From the NCBI GenBank assembly GCA_965645245.1, contig OZ287071.1, positions 2,046,001 through 2,110,000 on the forward strand: a stretch of 64,000 nt of DNA, read 5' to 3'. The stretch comes from Massalongia carnosa (taxonomy: Eukaryota). This document shows, piece by piece, positions 10,900 through 24,272 of this stretch (position 1 is the first letter of the stretch; each line of letters starts with the position of its first letter). The notes beneath the pieces are model-generated. The model saw nothing but the letters and a program-made list of their open reading frames with translations. It made no database searches and was not told the DNA's origin. A program made the position numbers and the translations under genes.

Positions 10900-12478
10900 A
10901 TACCTCTTTGACATTGATTCAATATGGTATTACGAGGCTTATTACCAGAAATTAAAGCCAACGGAGTGCGTGGCTTAGTGAAATGATGAGGTCAAAGTTG
11001 ATGGGTTGGAGGGGTTGAAACGCGAAATCACGAAAATCGCGGGTAGAGTCGGAAACTTTCGACACGGGACTGTACTATAACTAGGACTCCTGTTATGTTC
11101 GCTGTAGGTCCTGCCGTCCGCACCACGCTTGGTCGAACCGTTACACGATCTGATTTTCAGTGGCCAGCTTCAAAAACGGAATAGTTGAATGAGACCCAAA
11201 CCCGTCGATGACTAGAAGTAGCCAAGCTCCACGTCTTTTAGTCCGTGTATACTCGATGAAATGACGAAGCCAATCCATGGCTAAATTGTCATTTGAATAA
11301 CCGGTCTCTCTGGTCCCAATCAACGTCTCTCCGTCGATATCGTTGCGTTGACACTATTTATGAAGAATATGAATACCCGAAAGAATAAGTAATAGTAGAA
11401 TAACGTCACCGGCCGAGCTGATGCACTCTACAGAAGTAATATAGTCACGATTATCCGGATCAGTCATATGAAGAGGCTTTCGTGGGTCCAAGGTGATTAC
11501 TATATGAGCTCGTCCGTATCCAATTCGAAAGCCTGTTTCGTCTATATTCTATATATCTAACTCCGTTATTCCCTTTTCCATCATCAACCTTTCTAACTTG
11601 CTAAAATGTTCAACTATATTGTTAACGTCGTGACTATTTTTTCGATCTACTGCGAGAGGCTTCTGTTTTCGTACATGAAGCTCGGGATTTCGATCAAAGA
11701 GATCGCTTCAGCCACTGATGACCAAGAGTACGATTCTCAAACGAATCAGATAATTTGCAGCCCCCACGATCAATTTGGGTCGCAAACACATGTTGGCCTT
11801 GTCCAATCGCTCGATGTAGTCACGAACAGCTTGTTCTTGCTCATCCGTCAGAGCTTTGTTTGTACTAGGTCGATTGCTTTTGGAGTTGCCTCCATTCTAT
11901 CGTTTTTGAACCGTACGAGGGGCAACGTCAAAAGCTATAGCTGCAGCTCGACAATTAGTATACAAACCATCGTGTAACGCGTCAATTGCACTGTCAATTC
12001 GATCCTCGATAGCTGAATATGAATTGACCATTACGTTGTTGATTGTTGACGTGTCGAAGTTGAGGTGTAAAATGTTGTGTTAAATTGCACTGCCCTAGTT
12101 CTGGAAGTTTCTATGCTTAGTCAGCTGAATGTATATTAGCCGCTCTTCTCCTATAGAACAATCAACCGTCTCAAGTTTCAACATGTTGAAAATGCGTCTT
12201 TGAGCTGGTAGCGTCTTTGAGCCGGTAAGCACTGAGGGGGCGCTCTCTGCATTCCGAAAGTGGTCTAGCACGATTACGGTCGAGGCAAGAGAACTTTTGG
12301 TCCTGTCCGCACGACGTCCTCTCCGCATTAATCGGTAATTCAGTAGTATATAGATAGCCGAGTCTAGCCCAAAGTGGCTTAATCCACACATTACCTTATT
12401 CGATGTGTTGGGTTGCAAAACATGTCTCAAATAAGAATCTAATAAAATATAGGAAGCTAGCACCCAACATTCAGAGGC

Positions 12479-13795
12479 ATGGTGAGAAAAAGCAAACTCT
12501 TGGCCGCACTTGACGCACACAAAGGCATAGACCACAAATTGGAGAGGCAGAAAAAACTGCAAAAGCAAGCGGCGAAAAAAAAGAGATTGAGCCAACGACC
12601 AGAAGACAGGCACGACGATATTTCGGTAACTGGCGAGATACAGGCGCACGTGTTCAATTCTCAGCTGGAAGAGATAGAGAGTGATGGGTGGGAAAGCGAC
12701 GAGAGCATGCACGTAGTGCATACAGCTGTAATATACCCAATCTGAAGGAATGGTGCCCCAGATTTATTAACCAGATACCTCTAGGTTGACATATCGCATA
12801 TTGATGATAGCGAGAGCGAGAGTGACGAAAGTCTGCAGGATATTCGGGTGAACCAAAGGCTCTTACCATTGGCCAGCGGCAAGGATGAGGGCCATGCGCA
12901 TGACAAGGCGGACGAAGACGATGGAATACCATTATCCGATACGGAAATTCTACCTGATGACGAGCGAGATGACCTAGTTCCCCACCAGCGGCTTACCATT
13001 AACAATAATTCGGCCCTCCTAAAGGCCTACAACTCTATCGCTCTCCCGTTAGCCAAACTCCCATTCTCCGAACATCAGACGATCATCTCCACCGAGATAA
13101 TCCCCATACAGGACATCAATGACGATCTGACCCGCGAGCTAGCGTTCTACAAGCAATTGCTCGATGCAGCTCAGGAGGCAAGAGTTCGGTTGAGAAGAGA
13201 AGGCGCTCCATTCTCCCGGCCGACGGATTATTTCGCGGAAATGGTCAAGAGCGATGAGCATATGGGGAAGATCAAGCAGAAAATGACGGATGAGGCCGCG
13301 AACAAGCTAGCCGCGGCAGAGGCGCGCAAGCAACGAGACTTGAAGAAGTTTGGAAAGCAGGTGCAGATTGCGAAGCTACAGGAGCGTGACAAGTCCAAGA
13401 GGGAGACACTAGATAAGATCAATCTCCTAAAAAGAAGTTCGTCTTTTCCCCCAAAAAAACGCCCGTGATCGATTCATCTTACTGACTCATGTCCAGAACG
13501 GAGGGATACAGTTATAGCAACAGCACAAGAGGAAGAACTCTTTGACGTGGCTTTGGAAGACGCCAGCAAAGCAGGCAAGCCGGCAGGATCTGCCCGGAAT
13601 GGCGCTAGATTGCGGACGCAGAGCAAAAGGCAGAAGAAAGATGGCAAGTTTGGGTTTGGCGGGAAGAAGAGATTCTCCAAGAGCGGGGACGCTGCTTCAT
13701 CCGCCGATCTACGTGGATTTTCATCTAAGAAGATGAAAGGACAAAAAAAAGTATCCCAACGATTAGGAAAGAGTAAAAGGACCAAACAGTCGTGA
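12479..13795 (+). CDS. EBP2: rRNA-processing protein Ebp2 (3 exons)
   Basis: DDLTRELAFYKQ, RPTDYFAEMVKSDEHMGKIK, KKFGKQVQ, KFGFGGKKRFSK. Confidence 0.93.
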
Positions 13796-14073
13796 AATTT
13801 GGGTTGTAAAGAGCTTTATGCGCTTCAGGCCCGCTATGTTCATGTTGATACCCAATGGATTAACTGCTGCCCTCTTCTGGCATCGCCTGCTTGACCTTGA
13901 TTAATGACCATCCAAAAGTATTCATAAGCCAGCTGTGCTATCTCAAGGCTTGCGAAATCATAACCAAAATGCACCAAAATCCCAAGATACTTTATCATGT
14001 CCTAAAAAATACGTCCTCATCAATGGCTCTGTAGCGATGGGTATCAAAAAAAGTATCAACCAAAAACCCCTAA

Positions 14074-15796
14074 TTAAAACCTAACCTGAATGGGATAACG
14101 ACGCGTACCCATGTCTTCTCTAACACTTTGTCCCGACTGAGGAGCAAGGGATTGAATTCGCCGTACAAGATTCCTAAAACCCAAGTCAGAATCCCCGCCC
14201 CTAATCATTAAGAATCAAGGCAAGCATACCCAACGGGAAGATATGGGCGACTCTCCTTGTAGGCAAGCTCGATCTTTTCTTGCGCTTGGTGAGTGTGAGT
14301 TTGGAAGTGCGCCTTGATCCTCGCCTTTCCGTTCGAAGTTGTACCTCCCCGTACTCTGTGGCCGCAAGCCTCAAACTCGCAGGTCCAGAGATCATCGAGA
14401 CCCCCTTGAGGCTGACCGGACGGGAGATCATAACTTATCACCCTGACTCCGAGATATCGACCCGGAGGATAGTCATGGTAGGGAGTGTGGCTTGGATTTA
14501 GTGGTTGGTTGGCGCGCGTGTTTGATCGGAGATGTTCAAACTCTTGGTGATGCGCTGGTGGGAGGGGCGACTCTTCTTGCAGGGCCGCAATATCGTTTTC
14601 GGTGTCTACTTCACCGTTCTCGGACTCATGTTCGATCATCGGAAGGCTCCTTCGGCGACCAGCGGCCTTTTTCGAATACTTGCTGCCGGTTGGTTGTAAG
14701 ATTGATCGTCGTTTTCGGTTAGTTTGCCCCGGGCCCCCATCACCCTCATTTTCAGATCCATCCCCTGAGACGGAAGTATCTCCGTCTATTTTTGCTTCTA
14801 CTCTTATAGGAGTTTTGGGTGCTAACGGTTGTGGATGGCGAGTAGCTTTCGGCTTCCGGCCCCTTTTCACTCCCCCTTTTTCTTTTCGAACAGAACTTGC
14901 CTTTGGATCTTCTTTCACAGTCTGAGATACAGCCTTGGCGGGGTATATGCGTGCTTCAATCATCGCAAAATCGTCCTTGTCATGTTCAGCAGTTTTTCAT
15001 CAGCGTTTAGGTTAGGTTTAGTCTGACTGGAAACTTGAGTTTAAAATACCGCAGCATCGGCGAACTTTGCCATTGTAGACCCTCTTGGCCTTCTAACATT
15101 GATGTAATCAAGAAAGCACTATGCTCATGAAAACCAGCACAGACATCATCAATGTTTACTCTTCGAGGCTTATTTTTTCCACGCGAGAGATACTATATCA
15201 TGTTAGAAACCCATAGCATTCGCGTCTAAAAATCCAGAACCTAAACCTACATCTTTGAAAATGAGGGTCATATAATGTTCGATAAATTTGGCAGAAGAAT
15301 TGGAATAACTTTTGCGAGCTCGTCTCAGTTTATCTACCAGCATATAAAACATCGATGCAGCCTCATTCATCATGTCGAAGCAGCGCTGGAAAGGGGTCGT
15401 AGGGTTTTTAATCTCGAACCAGCCCGCCTTTCCCGCTGCCCAGAATCCATAAGAGCCATCCTTAAATTCGGCGAAAGCGTACGTGGTAATGTCGGTCAGC
15501 TCGATAGCTTTGACTTGGTATTTTACATCTCGAACTAGAATCCGGTCAACGATCAAGCTTTTTGAAGGGGTGGATGATTTTAGAAGATTACCCAGATGTA
15601 GCTGCTCAGCATCAATGGTCTCCAAATAACCGATCACCTTGACAGGATTGTCTTTGTGAGCCGTAAGAAGGCTTACCGGTAGTCCGGTTAGTTGTGACGA
15701 AATCTCAATGTTTTGTAGGGTGTATGTAGGCCAATCATCCCAGTTCTCAATTAAAGAATCTTTGGGCAAAAGGATATCCACTTCAGGCGTAGTCAT
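14074..15796 (-). CDS. RFTS (DNMT1 replication-foci-type) domain protein with C-terminal C2H2-like finger; Raf2/Dos2-like
   Basis: N-terminal DDWPTYTL..SLLTAHKDNPVKVIG..GFWAAGKAGWFEI; AT-hook-like KRGRKPK; WTCEFEAC..IKAHFQTH; about 5 exons; 3' end approximate. Confidence 0.65.
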
Positions 15797-16080
15797 GATG
15801 CGATGCGATGAGGAGAACCACGTTGAGTGTTGTCCGATTCACTGCCGCCACAATAACATCGGATTACTCGAAAGCTAGCATTGAAATAGATAAGATAAGA
15901 TAAGATCTCTAGTGCTCTAAGATAATTTTTAATCTCTCCTTTCAAATTGTTTTCGTGTGAATCATTGAGCAGAAATCCTATCAACGTACCGACTTGTCAT
16001 TTCTCTTCCATGCAGGTACAACTACAGCGTACTTTCTCAGAGTTAAGAGGCGCGCGTACCTCTCAATTCTTGACCTTATC

Positions 16081-17346
16081 ATGTCTAATACTCGAACATG
16101 CCAAGGTGTTTTTGGTAAGTCATTAATTTCTTATTCTGATGTTTCAATACAGCAGTATTAATTGTTGCTGTCGGATCGACTAGCTATCAACAAACCCAAA
16201 TCAATTTCCTCGGCTCAAGTACTCCGCGAATTACAGAAAGCTTTCAATCCTTCCAAACTCTTTGCTCCTTGGCTAGAAGCTGAAGCCGAAAGTCGTGCCA
16301 GACTTAACAAGACTCAACGAAGGAGACGCAAGGACAAATTCCTTCAAGTCAAACTCGGTCATGGAGGTACTTTGGACCCAATGGCCACGGGGGTGCTCAT
16401 TGTTGGCGTAGGCAGTGGCACAAAGTACCTTCAAAGATTTCTAAAATGCACAAAATCTTATGAAGCTACAGTGCTTTTTGGCGCAGCAACTGACACTTAT
16501 GATATCCTTGGCAAAGTGCTTAGCAAAGCCCCATATTGCCATGTCACCGAAGAATCCGTCGAGGAAGCTCTGCAACATTTTCGTGGAAAGATCATGCAGA
16601 GACCACCCATTTACTCAGCACTAAGGGTTCAAGGCAAACGATTGTACGAGTATGCAAGGGAAGGTCTAGAAGTCCCAATAGAGATACAAAAGAGGCCTGT
16701 TGAGGTTGAAGAGCTTGACATCATGCGCTGGCTAAGGGAAAAAGACCACAGTTACGTCTTGCCGGTAGAAGAGGCGCCAGATGACGAAAAGAGAGTGGCT
16801 GTGAAGGTGCTTCATCTTGATGATGTGACCATTGCGCCAGCTGCCATCATAAGGGAGACTGCTAAGACTCAGGATGGGCCTGCACTTGGAAGTAAGCGGA
16901 AATGGGAGTTAAACGACGATCATGATGTAGTGGCCGCTGAAGTGCCACCATTGAAGCGACAGGATGATCTACTATACACCATGTCCGGGGGCTTGCCATG
17001 CCTCGATGAGCCCAAACCTATATCGCCGACAAGTTTCGAACATGAACCGCCTATCGTTGATATACGAGCGGATGAACAACCACTGACAGATGAACGACCA
17101 CCCGCGGTAAAGCTACGCATGACTGTGGCTTCGGGGTTCTACGTTCGATCTTTGAGTCATGACCTAGGAAAGAAAGTAGGCTCTTTAGGGCTCATGAGCG
17201 AACTGGTGCGGACCCGACAAGGAAATTTTAGGCTCGGACAGAATGTCTTAGAATATGAGGACATCAGCAAAGGTGAGGAGATTTGGGCACCGAAAGTGCA
17301 GCAAATGCTTGAAGAGTGGCAGACAAGGACTTTGAGTGAGGATTGA
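16081..17346 (+). CDS. PUS4: tRNA pseudouridine-55 synthase (TruB family)
   Basis: GVF/AINKP across intron 16115-16182; GHGGTLDPMATGVL, PPIYSAL, GFYVRSL. Confidence 0.92.
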
Positions 17347-17651
17347 CGCAATATTGACAAGGAGCGTCGAACGGACATTGCCCATCAAAAAGAACCATCC
17401 AAATTCTGAAATAAGTATTCAACGAGGGGAAATTGTATACTAAAGCGAGATTGTAGCTTATGGCGCCAAATTTCCATTCAAATGGTAAACAAAAAGGTCG
17501 TCCAGCTATTATGAACTTTTCTTAGATAAGGGGAGCTCCACTCCGTCTAAAATTGAAGAGATTCGACTTCTTGGAATCTTGGAGACTTCTGATCGGTAGG
17601 CATACCAAACGCATCAGCATTGATAATAACTCCTTACATCATCAGCTCGCT

Positions 17652-19273
17652 TTAAATCCCGGTTCCTTTTTTACTCTCGTGGTTGACGAAAACAAACGAC
17701 AAGAACACAATTCCCGCACCAGCCCAGTACAGTATGCTTGGATTCTGCGCGTTGAGGACGATTTGTCCGACAAGTGACAGCGGAATAGTCAGGCTCAGCC
17801 CAACGGTTACCACAAGCGGTGACGTCAGTAGCATAGAGTAAGCCCAACACACGTCAGAGACGAGCGAGATTGCCGAGTTGATCTATTTGGCGCGTAAGAC
17901 TGTGTTAGTGTTATATCATTTTGTATGGTGGTCCACTTTACCAGGAGAATTGCCACAATACGTTGAGTGGGAGGAATTTCAAATCTCTCAATGCCCGTAA
18001 TATGCAGAATGACGATGCCTGGCCACAGCATAAATATGGTGAAAAGACCCACGAATCCGAAGAATAGTGACATGTTGACTCGCTCCACATTGCCCACTTG
18101 CTTCTTCAGCACTGTAGTGTAGATCCCATACATAACAGCACTTGCAAATGCAAGTGCGTCTCCACCAGCAATTTCTCTCTTGGTTTTGTGGGGAAACGAT
18201 CCCCGATTCTTGTCGCTGTCATCGGAGATATCAATGCTAGATGTCATAACTACTCCACAGAGAGTAGCCAGTACACCTAAAAATTTCTTGGATGTGAAGC
18301 TCTCTACACCCAGCAGCGCGCCAAACATTAAGGTCCATATTCCTGCCCATCTTAGCTCATAAATTCTACTTATGAGTTATGGGCAAAAGTGCTTGACCAA
18401 CCACTTGTTGCGGTCAATACTGTTGCGCTTGCAACAGTGGTAAATTCTAAGCCTGCAGCGACAAAGTAATTGGCCTGGGAAAATAATAAGATTTCACTGT
18501 TTGTACTTGGAATCAGGTTTGGACATACTAAAAACTAAAGGAAATTTAGCTTTCGAGTTCCACACTCTCTGATTAATAGGATAAAATCATACCCAAAGCA
18601 AACAGAACTCGAAACCCAACAATGCGGTCTCGCGAACATTCAGTATATCCTTAGCCATATTGTTTTCTGTGTTGGAGTCAGGTGGTAAATGAGCACCTAA
18701 TGACCTCGAAGACTGGGCTACTTCATCTTGGGCCAAAGGAGAATATGGGATTTTGAGTTTATTTCCTGCGAGATTCCGCAAAGTGAAACGACGAGTAGCC
18801 CCAACCCATCGAATGGCAGATACAAGAAGAAACAGAGAAAAGAATGAGGAGTTGATATAAGTGACAAAGAAAGGTTTGGAATAGGAGTTATCAGCAAAGA
18901 GAGTCTAGAAAGGGGGTTTCATAGGTTTTTGTCAGCGACAGATGCATATGAAGCATCCAAGGAAACCTACGCTTGCCAAGAAATTCGACGCAGTAAACAG
19001 CACGACTGTGACTAAAAGGAAGAAGATCCCAAGCGTATAGCGTACAATCGTTGTCTTCGATACCCGATGAAGTAGTCTTGTGGTAGGCGAGGCAGAACTT
19101 CTTCCCTCTCTCGAAGAAGTTACTACATTCGAGCTTGGGACAAGACTGTTTCGTCTCTCGTAAAAAAACACGGCTGAGTCCGTTGAAACAACATCCATAG
19201 TTTGTTGCGCCTTTGGATTAGGCCAGATGCTTTGAGTGGTCGACATTACTCCGTAGTTAGTATTTCTTGGCAT
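17652..19273 (-). CDS. DMT/EamA-type multi-pass transporter (SLC35F5/Thi74/YML018C-like)
   Basis: YSKPFFVTYINSS, FFGFVGLF, LTSPLVVTVGLSLTIPLSL; several introns; start uncertain. Confidence 0.85.
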
Positions 19274-19547
19274 CGGGCTGAGTCAGTAAAAAAAGGGCTG
19301 GCATAGTAGATAGTAGACAATACTCAACTCCTACTAATTTTACATAGGGAACCAACAAACAATCAAGAGAGTTCATATCCCAACTGATATGTACCTCTGA
19401 GTCTAGTCATTGCGCAAATATAAAAAGCTTGACATAGCAGTTCGCGTTACTCCCTGCCATTACTGCTTGCTTTTACCCTTCGGTGTACTGGCAAAGCTCG
19501 CCAATTCATCCTTCGTGAGCCAATTTGCTCCATCTAATTTTGGCATC

Positions 19548-20453
<906 letters not shown>

Positions 20454-21228
20454 GTACAGTTCGTGGCGGCTACTGAGAGGAATAATTACCTGGCGCCCAA
20501 GGTTTATCCAGATCTACTTCGTGCATTAACTCAGCATTTCCCAACAGCGTTTGAGATTTGATATGTGGGCTACTTGCATTGGCATGGCGTTCATCTCTAT
20601 AACTCGTTGTGTTTTTTAATAGAGCCCCAAGCAGGCTTATACGTTTGTATTCTTTGTAGAAACACGATTATTACGAGACTTGAGTCCGAAAGTGGTATCC
20701 GCTGTCAAAAGTAAAGATGCAGGCTCTTGAAATTCGATAATAGGGGGTTAAACTATACTGTGAGGAATCGGTTGCCAAGCAGGGTGCTGCGAGGGGTCTG
20801 TACTCTCTCTCATATATACCCATTATAAGGCATCCTTCAAACAATCCAGCAGACTAGTGAACTTATTGACATTCGCTATGTATGGCTAGTTAGTTATCGT
20901 TGACCAGTTTCCTGCAGCCCATCATTCCCCATTTGCCTTATCGAGAATATTTACATGTTTACCTAGTACATAGTACACTTCAAACCTCCACGCAGTCCCA
21001 AAATCCCAAACAAACATCATCCACCACAAAGACCATATGTTTTTTATATTCAATCCCAAACCCCAAAAGGAACCACCCGCCTGCCCAACCAATCACTCAT
21101 TCATGCTAGCTAATTACATGATCCATACCTACCTATAACTTACTCTATCTAATCTAGATAGCTACCTAAACCAAGCCGAACAAGTTAACCCATCAGGCTC
21201 GGCACCCACAGAGAGAGAGAGAGAGAGA

Positions 21229-22153
21229 ATGTCGTCATCCTGGCTACATGAGTACCTGCTCGCCATAGAAGAGCGTGACCAAAACGAAAAAGCAAACGAG
21301 GCTTTATACAAGACCTGTATGCACATATCTCAGTCTTTCTTTTTCTCTTACTCTGACTTAATTAGGGGTTGTCTACTAATATCCAGGGCCAAGATACCCG
21401 CCTAGCGGACCGGACATCCGGCCTTGACGCTCGGCTGCAGCAAGAGGAACCGGCCAAAGCACAGACGACGAAAAAGAAGGAGCCCGCCCTTCCCTCCTCG
21501 CAGGTCGACAAACCCCCCGCCGTCCCAAAGAAGCCATCGTCGTCATCATCATTATCGTCGGCGTCGCCGAGGACTCCCGACAATGCTAGTAACAACAAAA
21601 ATATCAATACTAACAAAAACAACAGCAACAACACCACCACCTTAGCAGCTATTCGCGTAGACCTGAGCGAAGCGCAGCGCAGCCGCGAGGCCATGCTAAC
21701 GGAAACGCAAGCCCTCGCGGAGGAAATACACAAGCTGCAGGCGCAGACGGGGCAGGACCGTAAGCGCATCGGGGAGCTGGTCCAGGAGCGGACGGGGCTG
21801 GCGACGAGGATGAGAGATAGGGACGAGGAGTTGAGGGGGAAAGCTAAGCTTTTGGAGGTGGGTTGGTGCTTTTTTCTAGGGTTTTGCTGGGTGTACCCAC
21901 TTTTCCTTGTCTTGGCTTGGCTTGCTTGGGGGGCTTCGTTTTTGCGGGGTGGGGAGGGAAGGAGGGGGGCGTTTGCTGACGGGTTTTTTCCTAGCATGTG
22001 CATGATGAGACGGTGTCTTTGACGCTTCAGCTTAATATGGCCGAGGAGCGGAGTCGGAAGCTGGAGCGGGAGAATCAGGAACTGGTCGATCGCTGGATGG
22101 CACGGATGGGGCAGGAGGCGGATGCTATGAACAATGCTTCTAGGTTCTCCTAG
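21229..22153 (+). CDS. ATG16: Autophagy protein Atg16 (3 exons)
   Basis: [17 protein letters not shown]; coiled coil [46 protein letters not shown]. Confidence 0.88.
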
Positions 22154-22373
22154 TACATATTGCGTATCTACCATACACGACGCATTTGAAACATGGAGAT
22201 GCACTTCCCGCCTGAATGCGATATCCTAATCAAAGTATCGGGGTATCTAAAGCTCCATTTAGATGCACAAGGAAACGCTAAACCTTCAGCAAACAAAATA
22301 CCCCAAAAGCGGGATTCCTAGGAGATGGATATGCCCCTGTACAATCATGAGCTTATGATAATCTTAATCCGGA

Positions 22374-23907
22374 TCATAGCTCGTTCGCAAACAATTTGAG
22401 CTTCGAGCTGTCCTTCGTTGAGACATAGTAGGTACCAGGCGCGTCAGTCCAGCTCACGCATCCTGAATAATACCGCTTCTCAATCACATCGAGTACGTTG
22501 CAGGCCCTGTAGAGATTCCGCGAGGTGATTTTATGCCCGCTCGGGACAAAAGATTTCAGGGAAACGATCTGGCATCCTTCCTTCAGATCAAGGAACAGGC
22601 TAATCAAGCCCTCGTTCAGTTCGGGCGTAAAGGCCTGATTGTTCACCAGGACAACATCGGCCCTTTGCAGCACTTTGCCAATCGCGGGGTTTTCTAGGAA
22701 GTCGCCCCGTTCGAGGTAGACTGCGCCTGCGGAGAGCCCCCATAGGCGGCAACGTGCCCTAAATTCGCATTTCTGTAGATCAGCAAGCTCGCATGCATTT
22801 TCCATCATCTCACATCCCCAGCTTTCGCATCCGATCTCTAAAGCTGCCTGTAATACCACGTTCCCCACACCCGAGCCAAGGTCAACAAACACATGACCCG
22901 ATTTCAGTTTGGTATCTTTTTGGAATATGGTCGAGATAAAATTGGGAAGGAGCTCGCCGTAGACATTATCGGTCCCATTTTCATACTGACGTAACAAACC
23001 AACCTGAAGTGAGACTGTACGCGAATAGGTTTGAGTCAATATGCGCTCAACCAGTTTCAGGTCCAACCTGGTCATGCCATCCAGAACCTTTCCTATTGCC
23101 CCATTCTTTCGTAGCTTGGCGATTGTATTGTTCCACTCCTCGATGAGCTCGACATAGTCGTCACCTGAGCGTCGATCAATAGCTCGTTTAAGTTTTCGAA
23201 GCAGCCCGTTGCTATCGTCTTTCAAAATCATGGCTTCATTTGTAGGGAGGTAGCGGGTTGCTACAATATCAAGAACCTCCTTAATATCTTCAAGGGGTTT
23301 GAAGTCATTAGACTGGACGGGCGTGACTAGCTCATACCTGGTTTCATTAGCTTAGTCCGCAGACCCTGAGAGAGGCGAGGCGGAGCTACCTTTCCATAAT
23401 TGTTTCTGACGGGTATTGCAAGAATATGTCGGTTACTTGAGGATCGTCAGGAAACGCTGCCTTATACTTTGTTGGCCAATTAAGCGTTGCAATCTCCGCT
23501 GCATGAACCATGTGGCTGATTTCTTCACCATTTTCGGACAAAGGCTTGCTGCAGCGTATCTGACGATTGGTGTCTACCTCAGCACTGGCGGTTGCTCTCG
23601 ATCGCTTGCTCAAAGCTTCCGAGGCCTCATCAGAATCCTTTTCATCGCTATCAGATTCCAGGCGGGGTTGGGCTGACCGGAGTCTTTTTCTTGGTCTTTG
23701 ATTACGGGACTCCGAGGGATGTAAAGAAGCAGGGTTTAGTCTCTTGGGTGTGTTTCCTGACACTATTCTACTTTTCATCCGCTGAGGCTTGAAATTCGAC
23801 GCTTTCTGGAGATCAAGAGGCGTGGAGACGAATTCCTTCCTGGTCTGCGCTTGCTGTGGCTTCAAAGCCGCTGAACCTTTCTTCTGAATATAGTCAAAGG
23901 GACCCAT
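22374..23907 (-). CDS. DOT1: Histone H3K79 methyltransferase
   Basis: [44 protein letters not shown]; intron ~23338-23389. Confidence 0.95.
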
Positions 23908-24272
23908 GCTATTGCCCCCTTATAGATAAGTGAAATGATAGGATGCAAAGCAAACGGGTATTCAAAAGATAGTGAGTGACATGAAAGAAATCTGTCTTTA
24001 AGTAATGTGAACGATAAGATTGCTGTATTCAAAGAATGCGCTCATCAATGTCTTGTATGGCTTACATACTCGATACAGAACCTTAATCACATGACATTAA
24101 TTTCATGTTCACTTTGACTCTAGATATTACAAACTTCTACAGAGCACTCTGTAGTTCATATTCAATCAAAGTCCCGGTCTATTCTCACCACTGAAAATAT
24201 GACCGTTTAAGCCAGCAGTACAGCTTTTTCGTTAGATCTATCCACCTTTCGGGCCAATCGCAGACACTAGCA

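Larger units (their letters stand above)
9209..11072 (-). mobile_element. Tc1/impala-type DD34E transposon, inactivated
   Basis: Imperfect TIRs CAGTACTAGGTCAAAAGTTTCCGAC / CAGTCCCGTGTCGAAAGTTTCCGAC; TA flanks; transposase ~9365-10977 with RSGRP, WSDE, QDNAP and WPPYSPDLNPIKH (catalytic E>K). Confidence 0.9.
8548..11145 (-). mobile_element. Solo LTR family A, copy 2, split by two nested elements
   Basis: Pieces 8548-8588, 9162-9208 and 11075-11145; TSD CGATC at 8543-8547 and 11146-11150. Confidence 0.85.
7460..12277 (-). mobile_element. Decayed Fot1/pogo element hosting a multi-level TE nest
   Basis: ~75-bp imperfect TIRs (GTAATYGTGCTAGACYACTTTCGGAAT..GCTTACCGGCTCAAAGACGC) at both ends; transposase from ATG 12031 with IDETG and IDGFGSH, and QIVLFRLPAHSTHWT*PLELG reassembled across the insertions. 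Confidence 0.85.

Noticed and set aside
8326..10978. Repeated short ORFs (MVEIYSLSRFVT.., HHLPLART..) as a peptide family
   Set aside because: They are translations of repeated solo LTR sequence
1..12300. Starship giant transposon or secondary-metabolite cluster
   Set aside because: No tyrosine-recombinase captain, cargo genes, PKS or NRPS recognisable in the window
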